Shown: positions 1 through 14,300, counted from the stretch's first letter. The stretch: 64,000 nucleotides of DNA from Balanoglossus misakiensis (GCA_040954595.2 CM082587.2:6995705-7059704), one strand, 5' to 3'. Made by a program: numbers and translations. The notes: a model not told the origin generated them from the letters alone.

Positions 1-3000
1 TAGAAAACACTGCAGTTACATTGATGATTTTGATCGGTGAACTCGCTCGTAACTCGAAGTTGTTATAAGTATGTGTCCATTCAAAATCGGTCAGTGTTAT
101 GTTAATATTCTTCGTGAAAAAGATCGCAGTAAGTAAATGACGTGGCATTTACTTAACAACTCGATTGCCGATTCGTAAAATACGACCATCCGTCCAAAAC
201 TGGCGAAAGAGAAGCTCGTTTTTCTCGACGTGTCGCAAGGGGTCAACTCACAACACTCAACAGGGATTAGTAATGGGCTTCTATTCATGATGGTACAATG
301 TACGATCACAGACAATAGTATTTTATATACTTTGCTGCAGGAAAACCCCTCGCTGCTTTTTTGAATGGGAAAAATTCAGCGAATGTCCACGATTTCTGCA
401 TTTTTAACAAAAACGGACCCTTAATAAGAAACCCAAGATGGGGGTTGTATTTATTGAAAAACGTTGCAGACTTGCTTGTGTGTATATTTACAATGTAGGA
501 TTTCCAAAGACATGATTAACCACATTCAAATGACGATGGACTTCAATGCATCAATGCAACCCTCTTCCCAAAGCCTTGAAGACAGAGAAAAAATCTGACT
601 GATTTTGCAGGTACAATGTATTGCTATGATGAATACCAACAATCTTACACTGTTCCTTCAATTCCGTTTGCTCTGACGGTAGAATCCAGTGTTCTTGAAA
701 ATGCATGTAGCCTGTAGTGCTTAATAGCTGTACAGGTTCTGTAATGAGAAACTCCCCCAGAGACAGTTTAAACACAGAGTGTTTTGTTACTGATAAGCAT
801 TTATTGCAATGCTCCATATATCACTTCGTAAACAAGAACTTGTTAGCCTGTCTGGCAGGAATCTGAGAAACCTGTGGGAATGGAAATGTGGCCTGCCTAC
901 TCACGCACCCGCGAAAGTTTGTGTTTCTTCAAGGTTGGGCTGTAAAGAGGGGCCGTGACGCTTTTCCATAGTATCACTGATAACTGTTAACGTTGTAGCG
1001 ATGAGATTGCAACAAGGTTGTTGAATGGGTAGTGTATGTTCTCCATCATGCTCTGCATCATTTTCTGCAGAGGGTGTGTAACCTTGACGAACAGGTCACT
1101 TGTTGCCTCACAAGCTATTAGGGTGAGAGTTTATTAACCTGTATGAGCGCACAAAAATCATTGGTGTATCAGACCCTGACTGTGCAGCTAACTGCGTGAC
1201 TTCCCGAAAATGAATCTGAAGGTGGCCATGCCTACTGCATGTAGTGCTCCAACACATCCTCTGGCAAATGAATCATATACCGGTATGTTAGTGATATGGA
1301 ATGAACATCATATCTTGTGGATAAATCATATTGGGTGCAGTGCATTAGTTTCAGCAGGGGATGTACATGTATCATAAAATGGTATGGAATTATGTCTAGA
1401 GGATGGACTGTGGCTGAAGGATGGAATAATATCTGGAAGCTGTTTCCTGTATGGTAGGAAGTGACTGGTACATGACAAGCAAGCAAAGCTCAGGTTGTGA
1501 CAGGTTTAAAGGGACAAAGTCGCTAACTTTTGACATTATTTTGGTTTCATTTGATGAAATTCTACATAATGAAACATGCTCAGTGACTTGTGATAACTCA
1601 ATCAACACCATATCAGGTCAACAAAAGAATTTTCTCAATTTTACGACATACAAATCAAATACAGGACTCTTACCAGGCCCAAATTCTGATTTGCACATTG
1701 CACATTTTATAATGCCATGATACCAAAAATAAATGTGCATGTACAAATGTGGGTTGCATTCACCAGTGCAAGTATTCACACCAGCAAATTGACCGAGATC
1801 TTTATATACACACAGCCAATCTAAATATTTATCCTACAGAGCTGCAGGGGTTTTCTCAGTTTAATTGAGACCTAATGAAGCCGCTGTGATCACGGGTTTG
1901 ATAAAACACTACCCAGATGGCATTTGTGGTTTTGCTCCTTAACATGATAGTTTACGCTTGGAAGGGGAAAAAAATGTCTTCAACTTGAGTGACCGTATTA
2001 ATCAGGTTCACAGTACTTTCTGGGGCATGTGCATCGGGTTTGGTCTGGCGAGAGTAGTTTTTAAGGTTGGTGAGTGGCCCCAGTGATATACAATATGGCG
2101 AAGTTTGCTTGACCTCACAAATTGATCAGACATCATGAATTCCCATGACATCCATCCTCAGTGGGGTTTCCAAGCGCCATTCCTTGCACTTGAATGTCAG
2201 AGAGTGAAACTGGAAACTTGATAGGAAGTAAAAGTGGTATCATAACCGTCATTAGCGGTGAACCTCTTTGGGTTTCAGATTCAGAATTCTTTTCAACTAA
2301 AAAATCTCTCATTGCTGGTACTGCTGAAACTTGCCATACTGAAATGGTTGGTAGCAGTGGTAAGCTCTGTTTAGCAGTGTGGTACGTTTCAGCGTAAAGT
2401 TGTATTAAAAAAATAGCCTGTGCTATTGTTCATGTTGCCTGTGCTAAATGTCTTTGTATGCTAATGAGGTATGACAATAAGGCACAAAATATGCTACCCC
2501 AGGCTGGCCTTGAGTTAGCCCAGAAACCACCCAGTAGGAAACATTGAGCTGATCTTTACTGCATTTGTTATAAACACACTATCATTGATATAACATTTCT
2601 CTTTTTTAAACAAAAGTTCATCGTGGCTTCAAGTTCAACTTGCCATGAAAATAACACAGTAAACAACACAGTAGACAGTCAAGTTGGCATTGAAGGAAAT
2701 TTTCAGACATTTCAGCAACAGTATAGAATTAGTATATATCACTGATATACAAGTAGAGTACTGTATGTACTATACTTGTCCAAATATTGTCAAATGATCA
2801 TACTGAATTATGTGTGCCCCATTGCTATGGCAACCGTCCAGTATGTCAGCGATATTATGAATCATCGGGCCATAATCCTGAATGGATGTATAAAAGTCAC
2901 ACAGACATCTTGTGGAACCTCTAGTGCTGCATAGACATACACAAGTAATTATTATTTCAAGAAAATTAAAGTAGAGTTGACTGTGGAAATCAAAGTCTTT

Positions 3001-5721
3001 AACTTTTACTCATATTTCTCGTATTTTGCTCTTGAAAGCCAAGTGTATGTTATTCTCTCTTAAAATTGAGAATAAAAAAGGAGAAGTTTGGATGACTACC
3101 ATTTTCTGAAAATCTGTCCCGATGTCCACACAGTACAACTCTGCAATAAAAAGCCCCCCCCCCCCCCCCAAACACATACACACAAGCATGTATACATGTA
3201 CCAAGTACTTCTTTTCTTTTAAGCACATTCTTTAGGCTTGTAGATTTGTTTGTATGTACTTGGTACAAAGTCAGTTTAAATTCCATCTCACTAAACTATA
3301 CATTGTTTACAAATGTCCTCATAAACATGGAAGAACAAACCCTTCCCAGTTTACAAATTTCCAGCAAGAGCAACTCCGATCCCATGAGAAACTGGACGTC
3401 GGGACTTACAACAATATTTTACGTTGGTTGTTTGAGAAATCCTTGGTCTGTTTGTTTGGTTTGAACTTCAACTGGTTGTAGTGCGAGAGCTGTAATACCC
3501 ACTTGGAGCACAGCTCAGAAGCGATGGAATGTTTAACAAATACGTACTCGGAGATCGCCGCGGGCTACAGCTAGCCGCCACATTGGTGCTGGTGTTTTTC
3601 GTCGTACGGTAGACTTGCTGCGAACTTTTATCTCCTTAAGCACTTTGCAAGTTTGTGGTCAGCTTTTACATCGACCAGTCTTGAACAGAAACTTGTAGAC
3701 TTTGTACAGTGAATGAATGGACGCGGTTTGATATTGCACACTTGTCGGGATGGAAGCCATGACTTTGACCTTGCAGGCGTCTATAGATTGGAAAGGATAG
3801 TTTATGTCCAAAAAGTGGTCCTGAGGGTCATTTGAGGTCAACTGTGACATACAGCAGGCACAAGATACCGAAAGATTTTATTCAGGCCGGTTGCTACAGT
3901 AAACGCTGACACATTGAAGTGTGGTAGTCTAGAGCCAGTACATGAGGTTTCCATCTATGATTATGAATAGATCTAGATGAGACACTAGGGTCGTTTGCTT
4001 GGAGCGCTGGGTGATAAAGAGTCATTAAAGATATGTCTTGTTTGGGACCCCCTGATGCCTGTGCGCTGCTGTTGTTTTTTGCTGTGGACCGGCTGGCTAA
4101 TGCCTTGAGGTCAAAACAGTGATAATAAGCTGTATTCACAGGGTCACTGGAACCGGGCGATCTCTCGGTAAGTATCGGGAGAAGTGGCTGCATGACTGTC
4201 AACTGATCCATGAACTGGAAAGTTGAGCCAAAGTGGTCTTTGAACGGACTGTTGGTTCCGCCAGCTATGGTGCCTTGCCCCCTCGTCAGTTAGCTGTGCG
4301 ACATTTTATGACAAGGCTCATACATTGACTGACAGTTTGGTGGATTGTTTTCTGTAGTACAGCTTGACCTGTATACAGAGCAATCACAAACGACAGTCCA
4401 GGCAGACGTATCAGCCGTAACCTTTCCCCACTTCGACCCCCGACCTCCCAGAGTTGCATGACCATTGGCAACTAATACCAACAGCTGCATGGCTGCGATG
4501 GAGACGAAACCAGACCACCGGTCTCAGTCTAGTCGAGACACAGTGGTATATCGTGAATTTCTCCACGCGTCACAAATTTCACCGCTGTGCAGGTTCCCAT
4601 ACTGAAGTGGTTTAAAACTGTTTTATGGTCGCTCTGAAAATTAAATCACTTATAACTTATACAAGCAACGACTAGTATCATATGCAGTATGGAACTACTG
4701 GCATTTTCACTGCAACGGTACCCACACACACGGACTGTGATATACAACTGATTGTGATACGCAGGGATTCATAAGCGGCCGATTAAATTTGACACTCTCG
4801 ATGCAATATGTAGAGGGTCTATTTAAACAATAACCATGGAAACGAAGAAGATGGCTGACTGCCTCTCCTTGGGTTGCTGACCCGGGAATGACCCCCTGCA
4901 GTTCACTACATCCCATGTTGGTGTCCAGTTACCTAATACAGGAAAGCCCAATTACCCTGTTGTGTACTTTGAAAGAGGTTAGGCCAGGAACCCATCCAAG
5001 TGCACTTGGAGTGGACTGCATGGGCACCTTCTCCGGTTGTGATCGATCTGAGCCGTCGTCGTAAGTAGCGTGAACCGGGTGAAGTATTTTGTGAATCAGA
5101 CTCTTTGGGTCATTTACACAGGATCTGAAACCTGTCCACTTTGTGTGCTTGACTCAGTTCCTAAATTGCGTTCGACTGGTTTAGTCTGGCTGTGTGGCCG
5201 ATGAAATTACACCTTGCGTTATACGGATAGTCGCTAGTAGGAAATCCCTTGGCTTATTTTATCAAGGTTGCGTGGCAAGTGTTGAAATACTTGAGAAGTC
5301 TACAGCCAGGTTCTGTGACATTTCTTGTGTAGCACAAACGTGCGAACACTTACAGTCACATGCTAGTCTTGGCACATCATAAAGCTAAGGTATTTTGACG
5401 ATCATTTTGCACAGGTGTGTGTAGAAAAAAGCATGACCATCTTGTGCCCAAGTTCTGAATCAGGCACTGACTTTGTATAACTGTGGACCCATAATCTATA
5501 TGCCAAAGAGGATTTTTAGCCATGGCCTGGACGAAGACAAATAGTGTGAACAAGACTTTAGTTCACCCAGTACCCAAGACTCAATGGTGTCTTGATGTGC
5601 ATGTATGGTGAGTAAAGACCTGTAACACCAACAAGTGTGTTAGGCATGCTGGACAATCTGTTCTGTCACCATATGTGGTAGTGATTCAAGTTTTGATGTC
5701 ATGCTTGCATGAGTTGAGAAT

Positions 5722-5758
5722 AGCCTGCAGACATCTCAAGTTGAGATGTCTGCAGGCT
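5722..5758. repeat. Perfect 18-bp-arm palindrome with 1-nt spacer
   Basis: AGCCTGCAGACATCTCAA-G-TTGAGATGTCTGCAGGCT. Confidence 0.9.
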
Positions 5759-6614
5759 TCGGAACAGCAACAGGTCACTTGGGGTCAACCCGAAAAAACC
5801 ATGCAGTGAACTTCATTAGCATGCAACGCAGGCGGTTCCCCACACAAGGGTAGCATTTTTCTCACCATGTCAAAAGTGCTCTGTGACTCATATGCATCAC
5901 CCGCAGTGAATTTCCTGAAATGCCTGCACCAAACAAAGATATTTGCCGCAAACTTGTCAAAAAGTTTTGATTTCTGCAGGGCCTCGACAGGAAAAGGGTG
6001 ACAATGCAACAATGGTGACCCAGGTGGTGGTTCATTTGACCTCTGACCTGTGTTATGAGACCTTTCGCCGGGCTGGCATAGTTGACCAGTGAGCTAATAT
6101 GTGTGCAGACACTATCTTTTGCTCAAGAAATGGTCAAAACATCTGAAGGGGTCAATTTAAATTAAGGAGTGTCTTGATTTGCGGGTGTGCACAATAAAAA
6201 GTCATGTATTTTGTGACTGTATCTTCATTTCCAGCAAAATATTTTCTGACAACTATGCCTGGTTACTGGAGTTTTCAGAAAACAATGGTTTCTTGACAGA
6301 TTCCAGCAATTTTGGATCAGCCTGTTAGTTTTATTCTGGGAGTGTCCCAGAATTTTAAGCCAGTCAAGGAAAGTCTTGGAATTTTAAGTGACTTGAAGTG
6401 TGTAAACCTAATTCTGAAAACTGTCAACAGCTGCTGCTACATGATGAGAGAAAATATGTATATGTACAATACATGCTCCCTCTGTTGTTTGGGTTTTGGT
6501 GTATACAATTCATTTTTCTTGGCATGAGTCTATTTAGGAATCTAAATCCCTCATGCTTCCACTGCCAAGAAAAACAAGTATGTAGGCCAAGCCAAGTCTG
6601 TACTCAGTGTCAAT

Positions 6615-6760
6615 GTGCCCTCTAAGCTCATAAGAAACACCACTGGCTCAACAAACTCACTGGTGACTCAAGAAAATTTTCCACACCACATGTATAGGGC
6701 TGACTTAGAGAAATTTTTAGAAATTATCAAATTGACTTAAGCTTTTAAAAATTATGTTTT
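6615..6760 (+). repeat. Dispersed repeat family C, copy 1
   Basis: gccctctaagc...ctcaacaaactcactggtgactcaagaaaatt...tagggctgact shared with 8189-8325, 27117-27250 and (diverged) 34280-34468. Confidence 0.75.
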
Positions 6761-8188
6761 CTAGAGGGCACACTGCTTAGTGTATTTCCTTCCTTACTTG
6801 AACATTGTAATAATACTAAACTTTTAGAATGGTTGGTACTGGCTCCCAGCCATAGTGTGGTGGTGATATAAGCCAGTGGCTAGTGAAAACAGCCACCTCC
6901 ATTTGATTTCCCACACTTTGTCGACAATACTCGGCTACTTTTGATATTTAGAAATACGATTATTTGTATATGTAATATGCGGTAGGTTGCCAGTTGTAGG
7001 CGATGACCCTTTCAGAGCTGTAACATGCAGGGAGAGTGCAATGGAGCGACTATAGCTTTCATCAGTCCCGGTGCATACGAACTCACATGGTATTTTTCTC
7101 TCATCACCAAGCCTCTCTATCCCGGCTTTCCCAGCATCAGAATTTATGCCTGTGCTCGGTGGGAATTGAGAAATGATTCTCGTTTGAACCACCCTGTAAC
7201 CCGAGCATGTTTCGGAATTGATTGATTGAAATTTGAGTCGCAGAAATACATAAAAAAAACACTGCCATGCAATTTGTTGAGTACACACTGCTCTGTGAGA
7301 GACCCTAGGAGACCCTGTCTGCATCTATCACATAATTTTTTAGATTCACTTCAAGGTTTTTATAAGGTTTTAGTACAAGATTCAGACAGCTGTATTTAAA
7401 TTAATAGCATTTCTCCAGATTTCAGTGTATGTTCTAAGACCATGGAAATATTTCAGCAGAACATATGTACACACTGTTCTCTTTAATCTTTGTTCAGATA
7501 TATAGAAATCTAAAAAATCTGTCCATGAAAATATCGTGCAGTCTGACACTGATGGATTGTTTAGACTGTTTGACCAATGCAAGCAAAGGTTAAGCTTTCA
7601 CTGTTCAGTGGTGATAATTATTCAGAAAGTAGCATATGGGCCAGAACATGTGATAGGAGAAAACTTCTAAATGATTTTGTAGGTCAGCAGTGGGTCAGGG
7701 TATGAGCTAAATCATAGATACCTGAATATACTAGTAAACGCATATTATGCTATGCTTGAACTGAGTGTCCATATGTTTCTGTTAAGGTAGGATGTTATCT
7801 TTGTTGGGTTTTTCTCTCTGGATATGTACATGTCTGGAGGAGAATGCACCCCTTTATATACACTACAAACACAAACAGTTCAGTTTGACTTCCAAAGCAT
7901 TGAAATAAAATGTACCCCCGGCCCCAACTATCAGTCACTTCCTTTCCATTCAGACAAATTTGACCTCACGCGACTTTTTGTTGAATTGTCCCCGAAGTGG
8001 AAAAAAAAGATTCTTTTGTGGAACTTTCTGAATGAGTTGTTGAAGAGTGGTGACTAATGTACCGAGATAATGGCACAAAAAGTTCAGGCATTATACATTT
8101 GTAAAAGATTCATCTGAAATGTCTAAATATACCAGGCATGAAGCAAGGACGTATTGCACCCTTAGAATTATCAATGACACAAGCAGGT

Positions 8189-8325
8189 TGCCCTATAAGC
8201 CCATATGACTCAACAAACTCACTGGTGACTCAAGAAAATTATCCACACTACATGCCAAGATATAGAGCTGACTCAGCAAATTTTTAAGAAATCCTCAAAT
8301 TTGCTGAAGCTTTTAAAAATAATGT
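8189..8325 (+). repeat. Dispersed repeat family C, copy 2
   Basis: gccctataagcccatatgactcaacaaactcactggtgactcaagaaaattatcc...gctgactcag. Confidence 0.75.
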
Positions 8326-11220
8326 ACATTGTCGCATTCATAAGTATTGTTTCTACACACTGTTCTGTTGTCTTCAATATATTATCCTCTGTATTTCTAT
8401 TTTGACTCGTTTCTTATAATTGTTTTTTGATCATTGGAGACTCAAATCTCATATTATGGTATTGGTATGGTATTTACTTTATATGTATGATAATACATGT
8501 TTTGCTTTTGTAAACAAATCAAAGTTTGACGGGATGTTTGAAAAAAAATTGCAAAGAAAAGGCAAAATACATCAGTAATTACGGCTGGGTGTGCTGTAGT
8601 ATATAAGGAATTATCAAATTTCTTATCGTTAATCAGTGTTGATGTGTTCAGTATTGTCACACAGAATGGTACATGTAACACCTGATTTTCAGAAACGATC
8701 TTACTAATTGTCAAACCACACAGTCTGTACTTTAGTGATGTGACTCGACAAACAAATTTAGAGGTTAAATTAATCTTCGTGGGTGATAATTATGATAATC
8801 ATTAATTTACTAATCAATGGTCTGACTTGAGGTCATTTTAAATTGACATATTGTTGATTATCAATTCTATGCCACCCACCACCATGGTACAAATATTGTG
8901 GAACTTGCCCAATAGAAGGGTGTCTGTAATAGACCGGAAACGTTTTATTTTAAATCGTAATGTCTGACATGAAAAGTCTGTCCTGATAACAGTTGTTCGC
9001 ATGGACAGGTTTTGCTGTTGCGGTGAACAGGCATGTACAATCTGTCAATACTGTAAAATTTGGAAGGAAATTTGTTAAATTGTGATTACCCTGCTCCATT
9101 ATCCATGAAAGAGATTTTAGACGGCTGGTTAATTCTCAGTGAATGTTCATCGTATCAGATTCAATTTTATAGGCCGTTGTGGTGGGCTGAGTGATAGCAA
9201 GAGAAATTTGAAACTGCCAGTCAAAATAGGCAGCCCTGATACATGCCGTATAGTATTAACACCAGTACTTAGAATAATGTAGATCTGTGAGTCACCAAGT
9301 GTGAGTGACCTCGCTATTAAAATGCGTCATTTGCATGGAAGTTGGCCTTCAGAGGATAGATAGCTATGACTTTTGTCTGCAGAGTCAGTAAAATGCAACG
9401 AAATGATCAGATATCAGTTTTCAGTCAGATTCAAGACTTTCCTGTATCATACTGTTTTATAATATTTTAAACTTCACTGTCAGTGTGATGGGAAATTCCT
9501 GTTCAGCTTGTTCTCAAGATATCCTGTCGTATTAAAACTGTGTGTACATTTCACATGAATTTGTGCTATGTCGTGTTTACCGAACAGTGTATCATTTTGA
9601 GCCGAGGGTGGAGATACAGGGGGGCCTATTTCTGGGCTGATTATTTTATGAATTTAACTTTAGGAAAAAAAATGTATTTTTCGAAATTGTCAAACCAGTT
9701 TCTTGAAATCTAGTGAATATTGATCCAAAATGAAGGATTTACTTGATTGTTTACTTGATTGGTAATTCTTGACAAATCGATTTCTATAGCTTGCGGTCAG
9801 GGCAATTGGGTTAATAGTGCATTTTGAAACCTGTTTTAAATTCATGCAATGTCCATGTGTCTCGATGTAGAGAATTAAGCCAGTTGACGTTTAGATGGTT
9901 TGGAATCTTTCTATTGTTTGACATTCAGGCTCATAAAACAAGATTGTTTAGCTTTATCATTCTGGATTGACCATTCCCCTCACACCAGACCAAGGTCGAG
10001 GACCAAGGTCATTTGATCTTTTCAAAGCCAGTACTCCTGCACCATTGAATGACAATAACAAAAGGAAAAGGTTTTTTCCAGCTCTGAGACATCATCGCCA
10101 TCGGCCATCACCATCTCCTGTCACACACACAGTTATCAATCATTGTCATGAAAAGAAAATTATTCAGTAATTATGAACGATAAAAGCAAACAGCAAACTC
10201 AGTATGCAAACCTTAGGTTAATAAATTGTATTTGGTAAGTACATTTCATGAAAACTAATTTGTAAAAATAATATCTTGCTAAGTTGCTTTGTCAGTATAT
10301 TTTTGGGCTGGATCCATAGGCCTATGGGCACATGCACATGTACATATAGGTCAAGTTCTAATTTGACAGGAACTACAAGCATGCATGCATTCATGCATTA
10401 CCTTGTCAACCTTGTGAGTGGAGCGTTATGGTGTTGCTAGTTGAACAATTCCAGTTGTAGTTGAGTCATAATGACATCACTGACTGTTTCCCTTTCGTAG
10501 GGAAGGTTGATTAATAATGTGGGCAATTTCATAAAACCTCTTCAACTTCCAGTTTTAAATTACAAGCGGGGGTGCAGAGGACAAAATGAATTTGAGATCA
10601 TTTGGTCATATGATCCGTTTTCTATACACTTCTTCAAATGTAAACCGAAGGCCAGGAAATGTTAATAACTATTATGTCATCTGACAACTCTAAGCCTTGG
10701 AGAATCGTGCTCATTTGTGCCGTTGAGTCAGATTTTAGAGCAACACATCTCTGAGACAGCAGGTTACATGTGGGTTTTATGATATAACCTTAAAAGATTC
10801 ATCTTAATCTGTTTGAGGACATTTGGTACTGTACTTCTGTCATATGAAGAGTTTAAAATATTTGGCCTCAGTACTGAAACAACTTATTACTGAATTCCAT
10901 GTATTTGCTGAATTTGTTTGAACCAAGACGCCGACTGAATTACGTGTATTACATGCAAAAAAGGCTGGTGTATTGCATGCTGTTATTGAAAACATGGTAA
11001 AATGGATATATGGCTGAAAGTTCAACTTTGTGGTAAATCAAAGCAAACTTGTACAAGAAATCCAGCCAATCGGTAGTGAAATCACCAGTGCGAATGACCA
11101 TTGAATTTGATCTACACTCTAGGGTTATCTGTACTACAGGTACCTGAGTTTTCCGTGTTCACAACTATTCATGTGTATCAATCATATAATTGAAATTGTC
11201 ACATTTTCATTTCTTTGCAG

Positions 11221-11370
11221 AGGTGTATGATGAAGACCTGGAGAAGCTGGGAGAGGTGATTCACTGTCCTACACGCATGATATACGAGCAACAGGGTGAC
11301 AGAATAACCCCCGGAATGGTTGTTTAAACTGTTCTTCCATCTGTTTGTAGTCTGCGAATATCTTGTAACC
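11221..11370 (+). other. 5' UTR portion of the first coding exon of DDR
   Basis: Strong acceptor ttttcatttctttgcag ends at 11220, upstream of ATG 11371; implies a further upstream non-coding exon. Confidence 0.6.
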
Positions 11371-14300
11371 ATGGAAATGTACCGAGCTAAATACCTCCAA
11401 AAATCGGTGCTGTATCTCTGTACGTTAACATTAGTGTCGGCCGCCATCGATCTCCGTAAGTTCCATCACTTCTATCCTTCATAACTGGACGACAATTTTG
11501 TTAAATTATAAAAATGTACATTGATTTTGATCAAATCATCAGGGCTATAGTCTGAGTATATTGTGTAAAGGACGGTTTAAAGTTGACTTGTGGTAGGGGT
11601 GTATACGTCATGTCACAGAAGGTAAATCGTAGTGGATCTCAAAGTACTCCATTACTGCTATTTTTCTTTCGCCATTACACATGCACTGACAAATATTTTT
11701 GTTTCAAACCAGACTCATGTCGTCAACCTCTCGGAATGAACAGCAAAGAGATTACTGACGCTCAGCTGTCAGCCAGTTCCACTCACAGTGAAGAATCGTT
11801 ATCAGCAAGACACAGCAGGTCAGTAGTTATCCGACAACTTTGATGAATTGAATTGACCCATGAACCCCCTGGACTGGAGATTGGTCGATGAAGTTTGGCT
11901 CACAATGTACACCGCTTGGCAAACCAAGACAATTTTCTTGTCAATTATGGACATCGTTATCTGTCTTTCCATTGCAGACTTGGCCACAGTGATGGCGCAG
12001 GGGCGTGGTGCCCTGGCAATCCGGTCAGTAAAGATCACACAGACGAGTACCTGGAAATCAATTTCTTGCGGCTGACCGTCATAAGCATGGTGGCAACCCA
12101 AGGGCGAGATCACCAAGAAACTGGAGGCAAGGAGTTCTCCAGTCACTTCATGTTCACGTACTTCCGGAGGGCGGAGCCACCCAATGATGGATGGAAAGAA
12201 TACCACTACAAGAACTACTACAACCAAACTGTAAGTACCTAAAGATCGGGTTCTGCATTCCTTGGTAATCCTGAAGTTGTAATAAGCATTGGAGTAGCAA
12301 GGGTTTCCTACAGACACGGAAGAAACCCAAAGAAATACGCAATCGAGAAGTCTATGTTGAACATGGATGTGACACGAATGCTGATTGGTCAATGTACATT
12401 GACAAGATGAGAGTGACACCAACGCTGATTGGTCAATTTACTTTGATATCATGGATGCGACGTCAGAACTGATTGCACGGTTCCTCCCACTTCCTCACAG
12501 ATGCTGTTAGGCAACACCAACCCCAGTGATGCGGTTGCCATAGCGATCAATCCACCAATAATAGCAGAGAGGCTGAGAATACACCCGACCCATCCAACCA
12601 GTACTCTGCTGTATGTCTGCATGCGGGCCGAAGTCTATGGCTGTCCTTATGAAGGTAAATGCTTACATGTACTTACATGAATAAATGGTAAACACCGATT
12701 ATTCATTTTGGCGAGTTTTCCACTCTCATGTCTATAAGTTGTGTGTGGTTGAACGTTGATTCACTATATATCCACATGTAGAATAATATAAACGGTGTCT
12801 TGTATCAAATATAATTAATGGCAAAATGGCAGCGAGAGAGAGACTTTGCCCCTTTAAGACATCGTTTACATGATTGTTAGAGATCATGCAAGTCATATAT
12901 GGATATTTTGGTTTCAGATCATCTGGTGTCGTATTCCATGCCACAGGGGGGTGTCCACAGCAGTGTTCTACTGGCAGACATGATTTATGACGGCGATAAA
13001 ATGGACGACAACTTGATGGCTGGTTTAGGTCAGCTGACGGACGGACGGTACGGCCATCACGACTTCAACTCCAACGTGGGATTGGGCCTGGGACGGGGAT
13101 ACGAGTGGGTCGGGTGGAGTCGGGAGAAACACCCCCGCTTGGAGATCGTGTTCCACTTCGACTCCCTTCGCAACTTCTCGGCCGTGACGCTGCACGTCAA
13201 CAACCAGTTCGACCGCAGCATCGCCGCGTTCGAGACGCTGACGGCGTGGTTCGGGTCGGAGGTGGGCTCCTACGGACCGCGGCCGCTGGTCCTGAGGGGG
13301 CTCCCGAGTCTGCACCAGGAGGCGAGGAACGTGCGTCTGGACCTGCGGCACAACGTGGGCAAATACGTGAAGTGCGAGTTTGAGTATACCTCCGAGTGGA
13401 TTCTGATCAGTGAAGTCAGCTTCGAATCGAGTAAGTGCAACATTGTGTTGTCGCACGGCGTTTCCTCAAAATGTATGTTTTGTAATACAGATTCTGAGAT
13501 TGTGGTTGTATTTGGGGAAAAAAAGAGTTCAGATCCACAGGTATCTTTTACTTATGTTGAACAGCGCCCCCTAGAGGCGAAATGAACATTTTTCTTCACA
13601 ACAGATGCAATGACTTTTGGATGTGGACTGTCTTGTCTAGATCACAGATGAAATTTTGTTCATCTCATGAAGCTCGCGTATATCTGATAAGACAGCCTGA
13701 GTACAGACAAGTTTGGACCTCTACACAGGGAACTGGGGGTGAAAGGGTTATAATGTATACATTTCCAACGTCGGTTAATTTCATTTTTATGTTAAGTTTG
13801 ATTTGAACATTTATTTAATTTGTTTATTTCCTTTATTTTGTGCACAGCTGATGTGAGTGAAAACTACACAGCGCCAACTGTTTTATATCCGTACGTTCCA
13901 AACCCAGTGAGTTTTCCGATATCCACAGAAAAGGGGGAAAGTGGTCGGATTTCTTCCAAACCCAAGGGTTCTCCGGAGATTATTGCACCGCCAGTTGCAG
14001 TTGTCACGGCAACGTACAAACCTACTGATAACGCCAATGGTAAGTCAGCCACAAGGTTATTGCACATTAACTATTGTTTTTCCACACTCAAAAGAAGGGA
14101 TAAAGGTAAAGTCTACTTATACAGAGTGCATGAAATATGGAAGGAAGCAAAGGCAGTCCACAATTTGAATGCGTCGAATGAAAAATTTTGCAGAACATTT
14201 GGATTTGACATGAAGTTTGTACACACGAAATTACGCTCATGCGCTTAAAGACGATCATCGACCTTTGAACTGTACTTCTTGGGGATTGTGAAAACAGAGA

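Noticed and set aside
3529-3612. Signal-peptide-like mini-ORF MFNKYVLGDRRGLQLAATLVLVFFVVR* as an alternative DDR first exon
   Set aside because: Available donors are phase 0 or 2, whereas DDR exon 11713 requires phase 1.
9490-9499. Other kB-like 10-mers (9490, 30467, 59912)
   Set aside because: Degenerate 10-mers are expected several times in 64 kb and these lack a well-supported promoter context.
11820-13456. 200-aa and 143-aa minus-strand ORFs
   Set aside because: Antisense to DDR exons; no domain features.
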